A stretch of 64,000 nucleotides of DNA from Alphaproteobacteria bacterium (GTDB taxonomy: Bacteria; Pseudomonadota; Alphaproteobacteria; CACIAM-22H2). Shown here piece by piece: positions 1-10,460 of the stretch. The first letter of the stretch is position 1, and every line of letters begins with the position of its first letter. Location: positions 1,724 through 65,723 of the forward strand of contig JAFKFM010000006.1 in assembly GCA_017308135.1 (NCBI GenBank). Direction: 5' to 3'. A program made the position numbers and the translations under genes. The notes beneath the pieces were generated by a model. It saw nothing but the letters and a program-made list of their open reading frames with translations. It was not told where the DNA came from and did no database searches.

Positions 1-263
1 TAACGAGATTCACCAGCGAGCCGCGCGGCAGATTGCGCGTGGGCCGCGCCTCTTCGGCAAAATTCGTGTCGGCCGCCGCTTGGGCTTCGGGCGAACGCGA
101 CGTACCGGAGAATTCGGGCGCAACGCTCGCGCCTTCGCCCGCACCGATGCGCGACGAACCGCGCGGCGGCGGGGGCCGGAAGCCTTCCGGCCGCGCAAGG
201 CCGCCGGTAACGGACGCGGTACTGGCTTGAATCTGCATAGCGCCGGTTTATACAAAATTTTAC

Positions 264-279
264 TTAATTCTTGATTAAC
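264..279 (+). promoter_or_regulatory. Candidate CtrA box (TTAA-N7-TTAAC) in the low-GC leader upstream of the DUF2336 gene
   Basis: Read directly: ttaa(264-267) ttcttga (7 nt) ttaac(275-279). This is an exact match to the alphaproteobacterial CtrA full-site consensus. It lies in a ~270-bp stretch (230-503) of only about 48% GC. Confidence 0.4.
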
Positions 280-503
280 GCCCGAATCGGCGTCAATTTA
301 GGCAGTGACTAGCAAATCGGGTGAGTTACCCCCAGACCGCGCCCGAAAAATTCCGGATCGGTTTGCGAAACGCAAAGAACGAGGAGTTATCGCCACACCT
401 GCATTCCCAAATGCTTGGTGTCGTTTACATGAGACTGGATTCGGCGAATCCGAAGATTTATCTTTCTTATCGTCGCCGTTTTGAAAGGGTTCGAACCCGC
501 TCC

Positions 504-1721
504 ATGTCGGGATTCGGTCAAGAGCAACTACACGGCCTGCTGCTTCTGGCACAGGACAAACGCCCGGAGAGCCGGGCGGCTTTGGCCGCGCGCATGGGCG
601 ACATCATTCTCGGCACCGATCTGGGCGATATGTCCGCGCGCGAGCGCGAACTGGCCGAGGAAATCCTTCAGCGCCTGCTGCACGATCTGGAAATGCCGAT
701 CCGCCGCGCGCTGGCGGAGCGTCTGGCGACCGAAGACGTGGCGCCGCGCAAGCTGATCGTGCAGCTCGCCAACGACCGGATCGAGGTCGCTTGGCCGGTG
801 CTGCTGAAATCCGAAATTCTCGACGACGACGAATTGCTCAACGTCGTGCGCACCCGCACGATGCAGCATCGTTTGGCGATCGCGCGCCGCGCGCGGCTGT
901 CGGTCATCCTGTCCGACGCGCTGGTGCGTCCGGGCGAGGCCGACGTGACGCGCGCCGTTCTCGAAAACTCGGGCGCGTCGATCGGCTTCGACACGTTCGA
1001 AACGCTCGTCGAGACCTCGGTTTCCGACGCCGATCTGCAGGAACTCATTCTGCGCCGCGAGGATCTCGATCCGCGCTTGGCGTCGCGGATGTACACTTGG
1101 GTATCGGAAGCCTTGCGCCGCTACATCGTCGAGAATTTCGACGTGGAGCCCACGCTGCTCGACCGCGCCATCGAACAAGCGCTCGCCGAAGTGATGGCCG
1201 ATCACAAGCGCACGGTGGCGCTGAACGGCACGCTGCAACGCATCCGCTTCGCCCTCGATCGCGGCGAACTCGACGATCTGGCTGCGCTGCTGCCGCTGGT
1301 GCGCGCGGGCGAACGCTCGCTGTTCGAAAGCCTGTTCGCCAAATATGTCGGCGTGTCGATGGCGCTGGGCCGGCGCATCCTTTACGAGCAAGGCGGGCGC
1401 CCCTTCGCGCTGGCCTGCAAGGGCACGCAGGTCGACAAGGATGTGTTCACCGAGTTGCTGATGGGCCTGCGCCAGAGTGCCGCCCCCGAAGGTACGGCGC
1501 TCGACACGGCCGAATTGTTCGACGCGCTGGGGTATTGGGACGCGCTCGACACGCGCGCAGCCGAAGACCGCGTCGATGCCTGGCGCCGGGGCGAATTCGC
1601 GGCCCAATTGGTGCCCGAGCCGCCGCCGCGCCGCCCGGCCGACGAAACGCGCCAAGACGCGCCGACGCGCAATATGTACGGATCGAGCTTCCGCCGCCGG
1701 CCGCTGAAGCGTTTCCACTAA
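504..1721 (+). CDS. DUF2336 family protein of unknown function; track ORF begins at 321 (GTG) but ATG 504 is more likely
   Basis: The protein has repeated ER..LA..L...D..VR.A.A helical motifs typical of DUF2336. Third-codon-position GC is low between 321 and 503 and rises after ATG 504 (MSGFGQEQ...). The homology-expected length is about 400 aa. Confidence 0.6.
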   Translation: MSGFGQEQLHGLLLLAQDKRPESRAALAARMGDIILGTDLGDMSARERELAEEILQRLLHDLEMPIRRALAERLATEDVAPRKLIVQLANDRIEVAWPVLLKSEILDDDELLNVVRTRTMQHRLAIARRARLSVILSDALVRPGEADVTRAVLENSGASIGFDTFETLVETSVSDADLQELILRREDLDPRLASRMYTWVSEALRRYIVENFDVEPTLLDRAIEQALAEVMADHKRTVALNGTLQRIRFALDRGELDDLAALLPLVRAGERSLFESLFAKYVGVSMALGRRILYEQGGRPFALACKGTQVDKDVFTELLMGLRQSAAPEGTALDTAELFDALGYWDALDTRAAEDRVDAWRRGEFAAQLVPEPPPRRPADETRQDAPTRNMYGSSFRRRPLKRFH

Positions 1722-1814
1722 AAATCGTATCGTACACGGCGGGGACGAATTTAACGTTCTCCTAAGCTGACGCGCGCCTAATCGCACCCTGATTTCTGAT
1801 GTCCGGGAGTGGCC

Positions 1815-4253
1815 ATGTTCGCCAAGCTGCAAGGAATTCGCGTCAAGCTCGTCGCGCTGCTGTTGATGTTCGGTCTGCTGCCGCTGATCGCAGTCGGCGG
1901 CTATCTCGCCCTCCAGAAGGCGGAGATCGAGGACCAGGCGCTGGATCGCCTGGACGACGCCTCGACCACGATCATGGACCGGGTCGACCGCAACCTGTTC
2001 GAACGCTACGGCGACGTGCAGGCCTTTCTGATCAACAAGGTCGTTTCCGAACGCGAGCATTGGGCCCATCCGTCGGCGGACAATCCGCTGCTCGGCGCGA
2101 TGGACGGCTATATGCGGACCTACGGCCTTTACAAGCTGATGCTGCTGGTCGATCCGTCGGGCAAACCGCTCGCGGTCAACCGCGTCGACGGTTTGGGCAA
2201 GCCGATCGATACGGCGTTCGTCTATTCGCAGAATTTCGCCGGGGCGGGCTGGCTGAAGCGCGCCTTGGCCGAAGACTATCTCACCGGCACGAACGATCTG
2301 ACCGGCACCGTCGTCGAGCCGCCCGCCGCCGACGCGACCGTCGCCAAAGCCTATGGCGAAGACGGTTGGTCGATCGTGTTCGCCGCCCCGCTGAAGGACG
2401 CCGGCGGCAAAATCGTCGCGGTCTGGGCGAATTTCGCCGATTTCGGCTTGGTCGAGCAGATCGCCACCGCCGCGCAGAAGCAGCTGGCCGATAACGGCCT
2501 GCCGGGCACGTCGATCACCCTGGTCGATGCCAACGGCGTCGTGCTTGTCGATTACGACCCAGCGCGCCGCGGCAAGGATTATCGCCGCGATCCCGCGATC
2601 ATCGGCAAAACCAATCTCGCGACCATGGGTCACGCGGCGGTCAAGGCCGCGCTGACGACCAAGGATCACGGCATGTTTAGCGGCCCCGATCCGCGCACGC
2701 GTTTGCCGATGGGCATGGGCTATTCCTACAGCACGGGCGCCTACGACTATCCGGGGCTGGGCTGGGCGACGGTCGTGCAAACGCCGCCCGAGGAAATTTT
2801 CGCGGCAGTCTTCACGGTCGAGCGCGCGATCACCATCGTGTTCGTCGCGGGCCTGGTGTTGATGCTGATCGCCGGCCTCGTGATCGGCACGATCGCCGTG
2901 CGCCCGTTGAACGCGTTGACCGAGGCGATGAACCGCCTCGCCGGCGGTGATCTGTCGACGCGCGTTCCCGGCGTGGACCGCAAGGACGAGTTGGGCGGCA
3001 TGGCCGCGGCGATGCAGGTCTTCAAGGACAACGCGATCGAAACCGAACGCCTGAAGGGCGAACAGCAGCGCCTGCAGGAACAGGCGGAGATCGAGAAGAA
3101 GCAAGCCTTGCTCGGCATGGCCGAAACGGTCGAACGCGAGACCGGCAAAGCGGTCGACGCGATCGCCGCGACGACGACGCAGGTCGACGGTACGGCGCAG
3201 AACATGGCGAAGCTCGCCGACGACGTGTCGCGCGACTCGCAAAGCGTGGCCGCCGCGTCGGAAGAAGCTTTGGTCAACGTGCAGACCGTGTCGTCGGCGG
3301 CCGAGGAGCTTGCGGCGTCGATCCGCGAAATCTCCGGCCAGGTGGCGCGCGCTTCCAACGTCACGCGCAGCGCCGTCGACGCGGGCGAAAGGGCCCAAAC
3401 GACGATCCGCTCGCTGTCCGACGCGGTCGTGAAAATCTCCGAGGTCACCAAGCTGATCGGCGAAATCGCGAGCCAGACCAATCTGCTCGCCCTCAACGCC
3501 ACGATCGAAGCCGCGCGCGCGGGCGATGCGGGCAAAGGCTTCGCGGTCGTCGCGTCGGAGGTCAAAAACCTCGCCAACCAGACCGGCCGCTCGACCGAGG
3601 ATATCGACCGGCAGGTGACCGAGATCCAAACCGCGACCGAGGCCGCCGTGCGCGCCGTGGGCGAGATCGGCGATCGGATCCGCGAGGTCGACGAGGTCGC
3701 CAGCGCCATCGCCGCGGCGATGGAGGAACAAGGTTCCGCGACGCAGGAGATCGCGCGCAACGTCGCCCAGACGGCCGAAGCCTCGCGCGAGGTCTCGTCG
3801 AAAATCCAAAGCGTGAGCCAAGGTGCGGACAATGTCGGCACGCGCGCGGGCGAAGTGCGCCAAGCGATCACCACCGTGTCGCGCAACGTCGAGGAACTTC
3901 GCGGCATCTTGGTGCGCGTGGTGCGCACCTCCACGCGCGACGCCAATCGCCGCGCCTGGCCGCGCTACGCGCTGAAGCTGGCCGTCGAAATGACCGATGT
4001 CGCGGGCAAGCGCGTCGATGCGGCGCTGATCGATATCTCCGAGGGCGGGGCCAATCTCAAATCCGATGCGGCGATGCGCAGCGGCGATCGCGGGTCCTTG
4101 CGCGTGGACGGGTTCGGCCAGCGTTTGACTTACGACGTGAAGGCGGTCGAGAACGGCCGCATCCATATCGAGTTCGATTTCGCGGCCGCCGACCCCGCCG
4201 CGTTCAAAGCGTGGCTCGCCCCGCGCGTCGCGGGCATGACTCCGGAAAAATGA
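1815..4253 (+). CDS. Methyl-accepting chemotaxis protein with periplasmic Cache-like sensor, HAMP, MCP signalling domain and C-terminal PilZ domain
   Basis: Two TM segments flank a ~300-aa periplasmic domain, followed by a HAMP domain ([22 protein letters not shown]). The MCP highly conserved domain is present ([39 protein letters not shown]). The C-terminal ~110 aa carry the PilZ motifs RRAWPR (RxxxR) and DISEGGAN (DxSxxG). A GGGAG RBS sits 6 nt upstream of ATG 1815. Confidence 0.9.
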   Translation: MFAKLQGIRVKLVALLLMFGLLPLIAVGGYLALQKAEIEDQALDRLDDASTTIMDRVDRNLFERYGDVQAFLINKVVSEREHWAHPSADNPLLGAMDGYMRTYGLYKLMLLVDPSGKPLAVNRVDGLGKPIDTAFVYSQNFAGAGWLKRALAEDYLTGTNDLTGTVVEPPAADATVAKAYGEDGWSIVFAAPLKDAGGKIVAVWANFADFGLVEQIATAAQKQLADNGLPGTSITLVDANGVVLVDYDPARRGKDYRRDPAIIGKTNLATMGHAAVKAALTTKDHGMFSGPDPRTRLPMGMGYSYSTGAYDYPGLGWATVVQTPPEEIFAAVFTVERAITIVFVAGLVLMLIAGLVIGTIAVRPLNALTEAMNRLAGGDLSTRVPGVDRKDELGGMAAAMQVFKDNAIETERLKGEQQRLQEQAEIEKKQALLGMAETVERETGKAVDAIAATTTQVDGTAQNMAKLADDVSRDSQSVAAASEEALVNVQTVSSAAEELAASIREISGQVARASNVTRSAVDAGERAQTTIRSLSDAVVKISEVTKLIGEIASQTNLLALNATIEAARAGDAGKGFAVVASEVKNLANQTGRSTEDIDRQVTEIQTATEAAVRAVGEIGDRIREVDEVASAIAAAMEEQGSATQEIARNVAQTAEASREVSSKIQSVSQGADNVGTRAGEVRQAITTVSRNVEELRGILVRVVRTSTRDANRRAWPRYALKLAVEMTDVAGKRVDAALIDISEGGANLKSDAAMRSGDRGSLRVDGFGQRLTYDVKAVENGRIHIEFDFAAADPAAFKAWLAPRVAGMTPEK

Positions 4254-4258
4254 GAAAT

Positions 4259-4293
4259 CGAGGTGACGGGTGCGCTAAACGCCCGTCACCTCG
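4259..4293. terminator. Bidirectional intrinsic-terminator-like hairpin between convergent MCP and ureidoglycolate lyase genes
   Basis: A 12-bp perfect inverted repeat cgaggtgacggg / cccgtcacctcg with a 11-nt loop. The stop codon of the minus-strand gene lies in the loop. Confidence 0.5.
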
Positions 4294-4829
4294 AACTCCA
4301 CGCCGGCGGTTTCTTTGAGATCGACCAGTTCGGTCCGCTTCGGCTTGGTGCCGTCGGCCTTTTCGCGGATCAGCTCGCTCTGAACGGTTTTACCGTTCAA
4401 GAACAGCACATCGACATGCGGCGGCGCGACCGGATAACGGTCGAGCGTGTGCCACACGCCCTCCTTCATCAATAGGCCCTTGGTCCCATCCATCAGGAAC
4501 GCGCGCAGGCTTTCGGGCTTGGGCGCCATGTCCGGCCCGTCCGCCGGCGTGGGCGGAGCCACGACCATCACCAAGGGCGTGCCGTTGACCGGCATGAAGC
4601 CTTGCGTCACGCCGTAATGCCGCTCCAGCACCGAGAAGCGCATCGGCTGGTGGTAGAAGCGCGAATAGGAAAGCTGCGCGCCCCCTTCCGCGTCGAAAGG
4701 CAGCAGCCACGCATCCGACACGCCGCCCTGGAAATCCGATTTGCGCGACGTATCGCCGATGACGATGCCGAACGGCGCGAAACTTTCCGGCGTGAACTTC
4801 TCGACTTTGATTTGGCGTAAGGCGGTCAT
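4275..4829 (-). CDS. Ureidoglycolate lyase (AllA) family cupin protein
   Basis: The length and sequence pattern match the ureidoglycolate lyase/hydrolase family, e.g. MTALRQIKVEKFTPESFAPFGIVIG, ERH..GVTQGFMP and LVMVVA. The track ORF extends to 4964, but the homologous start is the internal Met. Confidence 0.7.
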   Translation of the reverse strand: MTALRQIKVEKFTPESFAPFGIVIGDTSRKSDFQGGVSDAWLLPFDAEGGAQLSYSRFYHQPMRFSVLERHYGVTQGFMPVNGTPLVMVVAPPTPADGPDMAPKPESLRAFLMDGTKGLLMKEGVWHTLDRYPVAPPHVDVLFLNGKTVQSELIREKADGTKPKRTELVDLKETAGVEFEVTGV

Positions 4830-4860
4830 GAGCGCTCCCTTGGGAGGAGCGCCCGCCGGG

Positions 4861-6048
4861 TCACGCCAGCGCGGCGACGCCGGGCAGCTCCTTGCCTTCC
4901 AGCCATTCAAGAAACGCGCCGCCTGCCGACGACACGTAGCCGAACTTGTCCTCCACGCCCGCATGGATCAAGGCCGCGACCGTGTCGCCGCCGCCGGCGA
5001 CCGACAGCAGCTTGCCCGCCTGGCTGCGCGCGGCCACACCTTTGGCGAGTTCGACCGTGCCCTTGTCGAAAGGCGGGAATTCGAACGCGCCGACCGGGCC
5101 GTTCCACACCAGTGTCTTGGCGTGGTCGAAAATCTTCAGCGTCTCGGCGACCGACAGCGGGCCGATATCCAGGATCATCTGATCGGCCGGAATGCGGCCG
5201 ATCGGCACGATTTGCGCGCTGGCGCCGTCGGTCAACGCGCCCGCGACCACCGCATCGACCGGCAGCACGATCTGTTTTCCGGCCGTTTCCGCGTCCGCCA
5301 TGATGCGTCGCGCGGTTTCGGCCAAGTCGCGTTCGCAAAGCGAGCGACCGACATCGACACCCTTGGCGAACAGGAACGTGTTCGCCATGCCGCCGCCGAT
5401 CGCGAGGATATCGACGCGGTTCAGCAAATTGCCGATGAGTTCGAGCTTGGTCGAAACCTTCGATCCGCCGACGACCGCCGCCAGCGGACGTTGTGGGCTT
5501 TCGAGTGCCTTGCCCAGCGCGTCGAGCTCGGCCTGCATCAAACGCCCGGCATAAGCGGGCAGCAGATGCGCAATACCCTCGGTCGAGGCGTGCGCGCGAT
5601 GGGCGCAGGAAAACGCGTCGTTGACGTAGATGTCGCCCAACGCGGCCAGCGCCTTCGCGAAAGCGGGATCGTTTTTTTCTTCGGCCGCGTGGAAGCGCAG
5701 ATTTTCGAGCAGGGCGATACCGCCCGGCTTCAACCCCGCGATCGTCTTGGCCGCCGCGTCGCCGACGCAATCCTCGCCGAACGCGACGCGCGCACCGCAC
5801 GCCTTCGACAGATCGCCGAGCAGCGGGGCCAGCGACTGACTCGCGTCGCGCCCCTTCGGGCGGCCGAAATGCGACAGCACCACGACCTTGGCGCCCTTTT
5901 TGGCGAGTTCGACGGCCGTGGGCGCGAATCGGTCGATGCGCGTCGCATCGGACACTTTTCCGTCCTTCATCGGCACGTTCAAATCGGCGCGCACGAGCAC
6001 GGTTTTGCCGGAAACATCGAGTTGATCGAGGGTCTTGTAACGGGGCAT
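4861..6048 (-). CDS. pgk: Phosphoglycerate kinase
   Basis: MPRYKTLDQLDVSGKTVLVRADLNVPMKDGKVSDATRIDR... is 395 aa and full-length Pgk-like. The upstream extension of the track ORF is not used. Confidence 0.95.
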   Translation of the reverse strand: MPRYKTLDQLDVSGKTVLVRADLNVPMKDGKVSDATRIDRFAPTAVELAKKGAKVVVLSHFGRPKGRDASQSLAPLLGDLSKACGARVAFGEDCVGDAAAKTIAGLKPGGIALLENLRFHAAEEKNDPAFAKALAALGDIYVNDAFSCAHRAHASTEGIAHLLPAYAGRLMQAELDALGKALESPQRPLAAVVGGSKVSTKLELIGNLLNRVDILAIGGGMANTFLFAKGVDVGRSLCERDLAETARRIMADAETAGKQIVLPVDAVVAGALTDGASAQIVPIGRIPADQMILDIGPLSVAETLKIFDHAKTLVWNGPVGAFEFPPFDKGTVELAKGVAARSQAGKLLSVAGGGDTVAALIHAGVEDKFGYVSSAGGAFLEWLEGKELPGVAALA

Positions 6049-6132
6049 GGGAAATCCGACCGGGCTGGCTTGACCGAGGGTGCGAAACGCGCGAAACGGT
6101 CCCTGATATCGCCCAGAAGGAGGTCCATTGCA

Positions 6133-6834
6133 ATGATCCCGCCCCGGATTTTCGTCGCTATCGACCGCTCCCGCAAAGAAGACGCCGCGGCCGAAATTAT
6201 CGGCCTCGGCACCGAAGGTTTCGCCGTCAAACTCGGGCTTGAATTCTTCGTCGCCCAAGGCCCGCAAGGCGTCGTCGACGTCGCGGGCGGGCGCCCGCTC
6301 TTCCTCGATCTGAAGCTCCACGACATTCCCAACACGGTTGCTGGCGGCGTGCGCTCGGCCAGCCGCTGCAAACCGCATTTCCTAACCATCCATGCGTCGG
6401 GTGGGGCGGCGATGATGCGCGCCGCCGCATCGGCCGCGAAGGAAGCGGGCGAGGCGCGCCCGAATCTCCTCGGCATCACCGTGCTCACCAGCCTCGACGA
6501 AAGCGACCTCGCCGCAATCGGCCAGCGCGGGCCGATGAGCGATCAGGCCGAACGTCTGGCCGTGCTCGCGCGCGAATCGGGTCTCGACGGCGTGGTCTGC
6601 TCGCCGCACGAGATCGCGCGCCTGCGTAAAGCCTGCGGCCCCGATTTCAAACTGGTCGTGCCCGGCATCCGTCCCGAATGGGCCGAGGCGGGCGATCAGA
6701 AGCGCATCATGACCCCGGCCGAGGCCGTGTCGCTGGGCGCCGATCACCTGGTCATCGGCCGCCCGATCACCCAGGCCAAAACGCCCAAGGACGCGCTCGC
6801 GCGCATTCTGGCGGAGATCGGCAAAGCGGCGTGA
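6133..6834 (+). CDS. pyrF: Orotidine 5'-phosphate decarboxylase
   Basis: MIPPRIFVAIDR...DLKLHDIPNTV...; this is the C-terminal part of a long fused-frame track ORF. The 233-aa product is a typical PyrF. Confidence 0.9.
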   Translation: MIPPRIFVAIDRSRKEDAAAEIIGLGTEGFAVKLGLEFFVAQGPQGVVDVAGGRPLFLDLKLHDIPNTVAGGVRSASRCKPHFLTIHASGGAAMMRAAASAAKEAGEARPNLLGITVLTSLDESDLAAIGQRGPMSDQAERLAVLARESGLDGVVCSPHEIARLRKACGPDFKLVVPGIRPEWAEAGDQKRIMTPAEAVSLGADHLVIGRPITQAKTPKDALARILAEIGKAA

Positions 6835-7475
6835 CCGCCGCGATCAAAATCTGCGGGGTGACGACGCCGGAAGCGATTTCGGCGGTGGCGGAGATTCGTG
6901 CCGAATACGCCGGCTTCGTGTTTTTCCAACGCTCGCCGCGCTATCGGCCCCTCGCCCGCGCCGTCGAACTCGCTTCCGCTTTGCCGTCGTCGACCCGGCG
7001 CGTGGCGTTGCTGGTCGATGCCGACGATGCGGCGATCGGCGAAATCGTCTCGGCGCTGAAGCCGGGCCTGTTGCAGCTTCACGGCGCCGAGACGCCCGAC
7101 CGCGCCCGCGATATCGCGGCCAAATTCGCGACGCCGGTGATGAAGGTGATCGGCGTCGCGTCGAAGGACGATATCGCCCGCGCCGCCGCTTATCGGGGCG
7201 TCGCCGAACGCATCATGTTCGATGCCAAGCCCCCCAAGCGCGACGGCGCCCTGCCCGGCGGCAACGCCGTGTCCTTCGACTGGACGATCCTGGCGGGGGC
7301 CGAGATCGGCCTGCCCTGGATGCTGGCCGGCGGTTTGACGCCGGGCAACGTCGCCGACGCGATCCGGATTTCGGGCGCGAAAACGGTCGATGTCTCGTCG
7401 GGCGTGGAAAGCGCCCCGGGCGCTAAATCGCCGGAATTGATCCGCGATTTCGCCGCTGCGGTGCGAAAAGCCTGA
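6831..7475 (+). CDS. trpF: N-(5'-phosphoribosyl)anthranilate isomerase
   Basis: [13 protein letters not shown]...[11 protein letters not shown]...SFDWTIL...[14 protein letters not shown]. The GTG start overlaps the pyrF stop (GTGA), so the two are translationally coupled. Confidence 0.85.
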   Translation: MTAAIKICGVTTPEAISAVAEIRAEYAGFVFFQRSPRYRPLARAVELASALPSSTRRVALLVDADDAAIGEIVSALKPGLLQLHGAETPDRARDIAAKFATPVMKVIGVASKDDIARAAAYRGVAERIMFDAKPPKRDGALPGGNAVSFDWTILAGAEIGLPWMLAGGLTPGNVADAIRISGAKTVDVSSGVESAPGAKSPELIRDFAAAVRKA

Positions 7476-7515
7476 TCTTGGCCCGGCCCGCCCCTCGGGC
7501 TATAACCCTCGCCCC

Positions 7516-8727
7516 ATGACCGCTCTCAATTCCTATCGCGCTGGCCCCGACGAACGCGGCCATTTCGGCATTTTCGGCGGACGCTACGTCGCCGAAACCC
7601 TGATGCCCCTGATCCTGGAGGTCGAGCGCGCCTATACGGCCGCGAAAGCCGACCCCAGCTTCCAGAAGGAGCTCGACTACTATCTCGAACATTACGTGGG
7701 CCGTCCGTCGCCGCTGTGGCTTGCCCAGCGCCTGACCGACGAGCTGGGCGGCGCCAAGATCTATCTGAAGCGCGACGAGCTGAACCACACCGGTTCGCAC
7801 AAGATCAACAACACGATGGGCCAAATCCTGCTGGCCCGCCGCATGGGCAAGAAGCGCATCATCGCGGAAACCGGTGCCGGCCAGCACGGTGTCGCGACCG
7901 CCACCGTCTGCGCGTTGTTCGGCATGCCTTGCGTCGTTTACATGGGTGCGACCGACATCGAACGCCAGGCGCCCAACGTGTTCCGCATGAAAATGCTGGG
8001 GGCCGAAGTGCGCCCGGTCACGTCGGGGACCGGCACGCTGAAAGACGCGATGAACGACGCGCTGCGCGACTGGGTCGCCAACGTGACGGACACCTACTAC
8101 ATCATCGGCACGGTCGCGGGTCCGCACCCGTATCCCGCCATGGTGCGCGATTTCCAATCGGTCATCGGCGTGGAAGCGCGCGCGCAAATCCTGAAGGCCG
8201 AAGGCCGCCTGCCCGACAAGCTGGTCGCGTGCATCGGCGGCGGATCGAACGCGATGGGCCTGTTCCATCCGTTCCTCGACGATCGCGACGTGGCGATGGA
8301 TGCGGTGGAAGCCGCGGGCCTGGGCCTGAATACCGGCAAGCACGCGGCGTCGCTGCAAGGCGGCAAGCCCGGCGTGCTGCACGGCAACCGCACCTTCCTG
8401 CTGATGGACGACGACGGCCAGATCGCCGAAGCGCATTCGATCTCGGCCGGTCTCGACTATCCCGGCATCGGTCCGGAACATTCCTGGCTGCACGACATCA
8501 AGCGCGTGAACTATGTTGCCGCGACCGACGACGAAGCGGTCGAGGCGTTCAAGCTGCTGTCGCGCACCGAAGGCATTCTGCCCGCGTTGGAGCCGGCGCA
8601 TGCCTTGGCCCATGTCGCGCGCATCGCGCCGAAAATGGCCAAGGACAAGATCATCGTCATGAATCTCTGCGGGCGCGGCGACAAGGATATCTTCGCGCTG
8701 GCCGAACGACTGGGCGTGAAGCTATGA
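7516..8727 (+). CDS. trpB: Tryptophan synthase beta chain
   Basis: [17 protein letters not shown]...HTGSHKINN...; the 403-aa product is full-length TrpB. Confidence 0.95.
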   Translation: MTALNSYRAGPDERGHFGIFGGRYVAETLMPLILEVERAYTAAKADPSFQKELDYYLEHYVGRPSPLWLAQRLTDELGGAKIYLKRDELNHTGSHKINNTMGQILLARRMGKKRIIAETGAGQHGVATATVCALFGMPCVVYMGATDIERQAPNVFRMKMLGAEVRPVTSGTGTLKDAMNDALRDWVANVTDTYYIIGTVAGPHPYPAMVRDFQSVIGVEARAQILKAEGRLPDKLVACIGGGSNAMGLFHPFLDDRDVAMDAVEAAGLGLNTGKHAASLQGGKPGVLHGNRTFLLMDDDGQIAEAHSISAGLDYPGIGPEHSWLHDIKRVNYVAATDDEAVEAFKLLSRTEGILPALEPAHALAHVARIAPKMAKDKIIVMNLCGRGDKDIFALAERLGVKL

Positions 8728-9539
8728 GCCGTCTTGCCGGAACTTTCGCGCGTCTCAAGCAGGAAAAGCGCGCGGGTCTCGTCACCTATGTGATGGCGAG
8801 CGACCCCGACGCGGCGACCGCGCAAAAAATCGTCGATGGCCTGCCGGACGCGGGCGCCGACGTCATCGAACTGGGCCTGCCGTTCTCCGATCCCATGGCC
8901 GACGGCCCGGCGATCCAGGCGGCGGCGCTGCGGGCCCTCGCCAATGGCGGCTCGACCAAGGCGACGTTCGAATTGCTGCGGAATTTCCGCAAGAAGAACA
9001 CGGCCACGCCGGTCGTGCTGATGGGCTACTACAACCCGATCTATATCTACGGCGCCGAGCGCTTCTGCAAAGACGCCGCCGCCGCTGGTGCGGATGGTTT
9101 GATCGTCGTCGATCTGCCGCCCGAGGAGGACGAGGAATTGCGCCCGCACGCGAAGGCGGCGGGGCTCGATCTCGTGCGCCTCGCCACGCCGACGACCGAC
9201 GATAAGCGTTTGCCGACCGTGCTCGAGGGCGCGTCGGGTTTCCTCTATTACGTCGCCGTGCTGGGCGTGACGGGGACCAAATCCGCCGCCGCGACCGACG
9301 TGCAAGCGGCCGTCGCGCGCATCAAGCGCCACACCCAGCTTCCCGTCGCCGTCGGCTTCGGCATCAAGACGCCCGAAGGGGCCGCCGCCATCGCTAAGCA
9401 TGCCGATGCGGCCGTGGTCGGGTCGGCGTTGGTGCAGATCGTCGCCGACACCAAGACCGATCCGGTCACACCGATGCATAAGCTGGTGCGCGAACTCGCC
9501 GCCGCCGTGCGCGGCGCCAAGCAAGGAGCGGCCGCATGA
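8724..9539 (+). CDS. trpA: Tryptophan synthase alpha chain
   Basis: ATGA overlap with the trpB stop. The protein reads [29 protein letters not shown]...[19 protein letters not shown]. Confidence 0.95.
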   Translation: MSRLAGTFARLKQEKRAGLVTYVMASDPDAATAQKIVDGLPDAGADVIELGLPFSDPMADGPAIQAAALRALANGGSTKATFELLRNFRKKNTATPVVLMGYYNPIYIYGAERFCKDAAAAGADGLIVVDLPPEEDEELRPHAKAAGLDLVRLATPTTDDKRLPTVLEGASGFLYYVAVLGVTGTKSAAATDVQAAVARIKRHTQLPVAVGFGIKTPEGAAAIAKHADAAVVGSALVQIVADTKTDPVTPMHKLVRELAAAVRGAKQGAAA

Positions 9540-10444
9540 GCTGGCTGACCAATTTCGTCCGCCCGAAGATCCGGGCGCTGGTCCGCAAGACCGAGGTGCC
9601 CGACAATCTGTGGGACACCTGCCCGTCCTGCGGCAAGATGATCTTCCACCGCGATCTGGAAGCAAACCAGCGCGTGTGCACGCATTGCGGGCACCATATG
9701 CGCTTGCCCGCCAAGCGCCGCCTGGAAACGCTGTTCGACGACGGCGCCTATGCGCGCATCGAACTGCCCAAGACGATCCAGGACCCGCTGAAATTCCGCG
9801 ATCAAAAGAAATACGCCGATCGCCTGAAGGCGGCGCGCGACAAGACCGGCGAGCAGGACGCGATTCTGGTGGCGCATGGCCGCTTGGGCGGCGTGCAGAC
9901 CGTGATCGCGGTGTTCGATTTCGAGTTCCAAGGCGGTTCGATGGGCGTTGCCGTCGGCGAAGCCTTGATCGCCGCCGCGCGGCTTGCGGTCCTTCAACAA
10001 GCGCCGCTGATCGTCATTCCCGCCTCGGGCGGGGCGCGCATGCAGGAAGGGATTTTGTCCCTGATGCAGCTGCCGCGCACTGTGATCGCGGCGGAGGAAG
10101 TCAAAGAAGCGGGCCTGCCCTATATCGTGCTGCTGACCGACCCGACCACGGGCGGCGTGTCGGCGAGCTTCGCGATGCTGGGCGATATCGCGATCTCCGA
10201 ACCGGGTGCGACCATCGGCTTTGCCGGGGCGCGCGTCATCGAGGAAACGATCCGCGAGAAATTGCCCGCCGGCTTCCAGAAAGCGGAATACCTGCTCGAC
10301 CACGGCATGGTCGACATGGTCGTGCATCGTCACGAGCTTCGCGCCACGCTCGCCCGCATGCTGAAGCTGCTGACCGAGCCGAGCACGGGCGCCAAAGTGG
10401 TGAAGATGCCGCAGCCGCAGCTCGACATTCCCAAGGCGCGCTGA
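9536..10444 (+). CDS. accD: Acetyl-CoA carboxylase carboxyltransferase subunit beta
   Basis: [12 protein letters not shown]...[29 protein letters not shown] shows the zinc-ribbon N-terminus followed by a carboxyltransferase domain. ATGA overlap with trpA. Confidence 0.95.
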   Translation: MSWLTNFVRPKIRALVRKTEVPDNLWDTCPSCGKMIFHRDLEANQRVCTHCGHHMRLPAKRRLETLFDDGAYARIELPKTIQDPLKFRDQKKYADRLKAARDKTGEQDAILVAHGRLGGVQTVIAVFDFEFQGGSMGVAVGEALIAAARLAVLQQAPLIVIPASGGARMQEGILSLMQLPRTVIAAEEVKEAGLPYIVLLTDPTTGGVSASFAMLGDIAISEPGATIGFAGARVIEETIREKLPAGFQKAEYLLDHGMVDMVVHRHELRATLARMLKLLTEPSTGAKVVKMPQPQLDIPKAR

Positions 10445-10460
10445 GCACCCGCGAAACAAG

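Noticed and set aside
10-274. Short ORFs at the left edge (10-255 minus, 33-230 plus, 80-274 plus)
   Set aside because: Arg/Pro-rich translations with mixed third-position GC and no recognisable domains. The region may hold the 3' end of a gene truncated by the window edge, but nothing can be supported.
528-4166. 1212-aa ORF on the minus strand
   Set aside because: It is antisense to the DUF2336 and MCP genes. The product is Arg/Gly/Asp-rich low complexity with no domain signatures, a typical high-GC antisense artefact.
4741-6834. 697-aa plus-strand ORF
   Set aside because: The first ~460 codons are antisense to pgk. Only the pyrF part from ATG 6133 is kept.
7716-9539. 607-aa plus-strand ORF
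   Set aside because: It is out of frame inside trpB. Only the terminal 271 codons, from ATG 8724, correspond to trpA.
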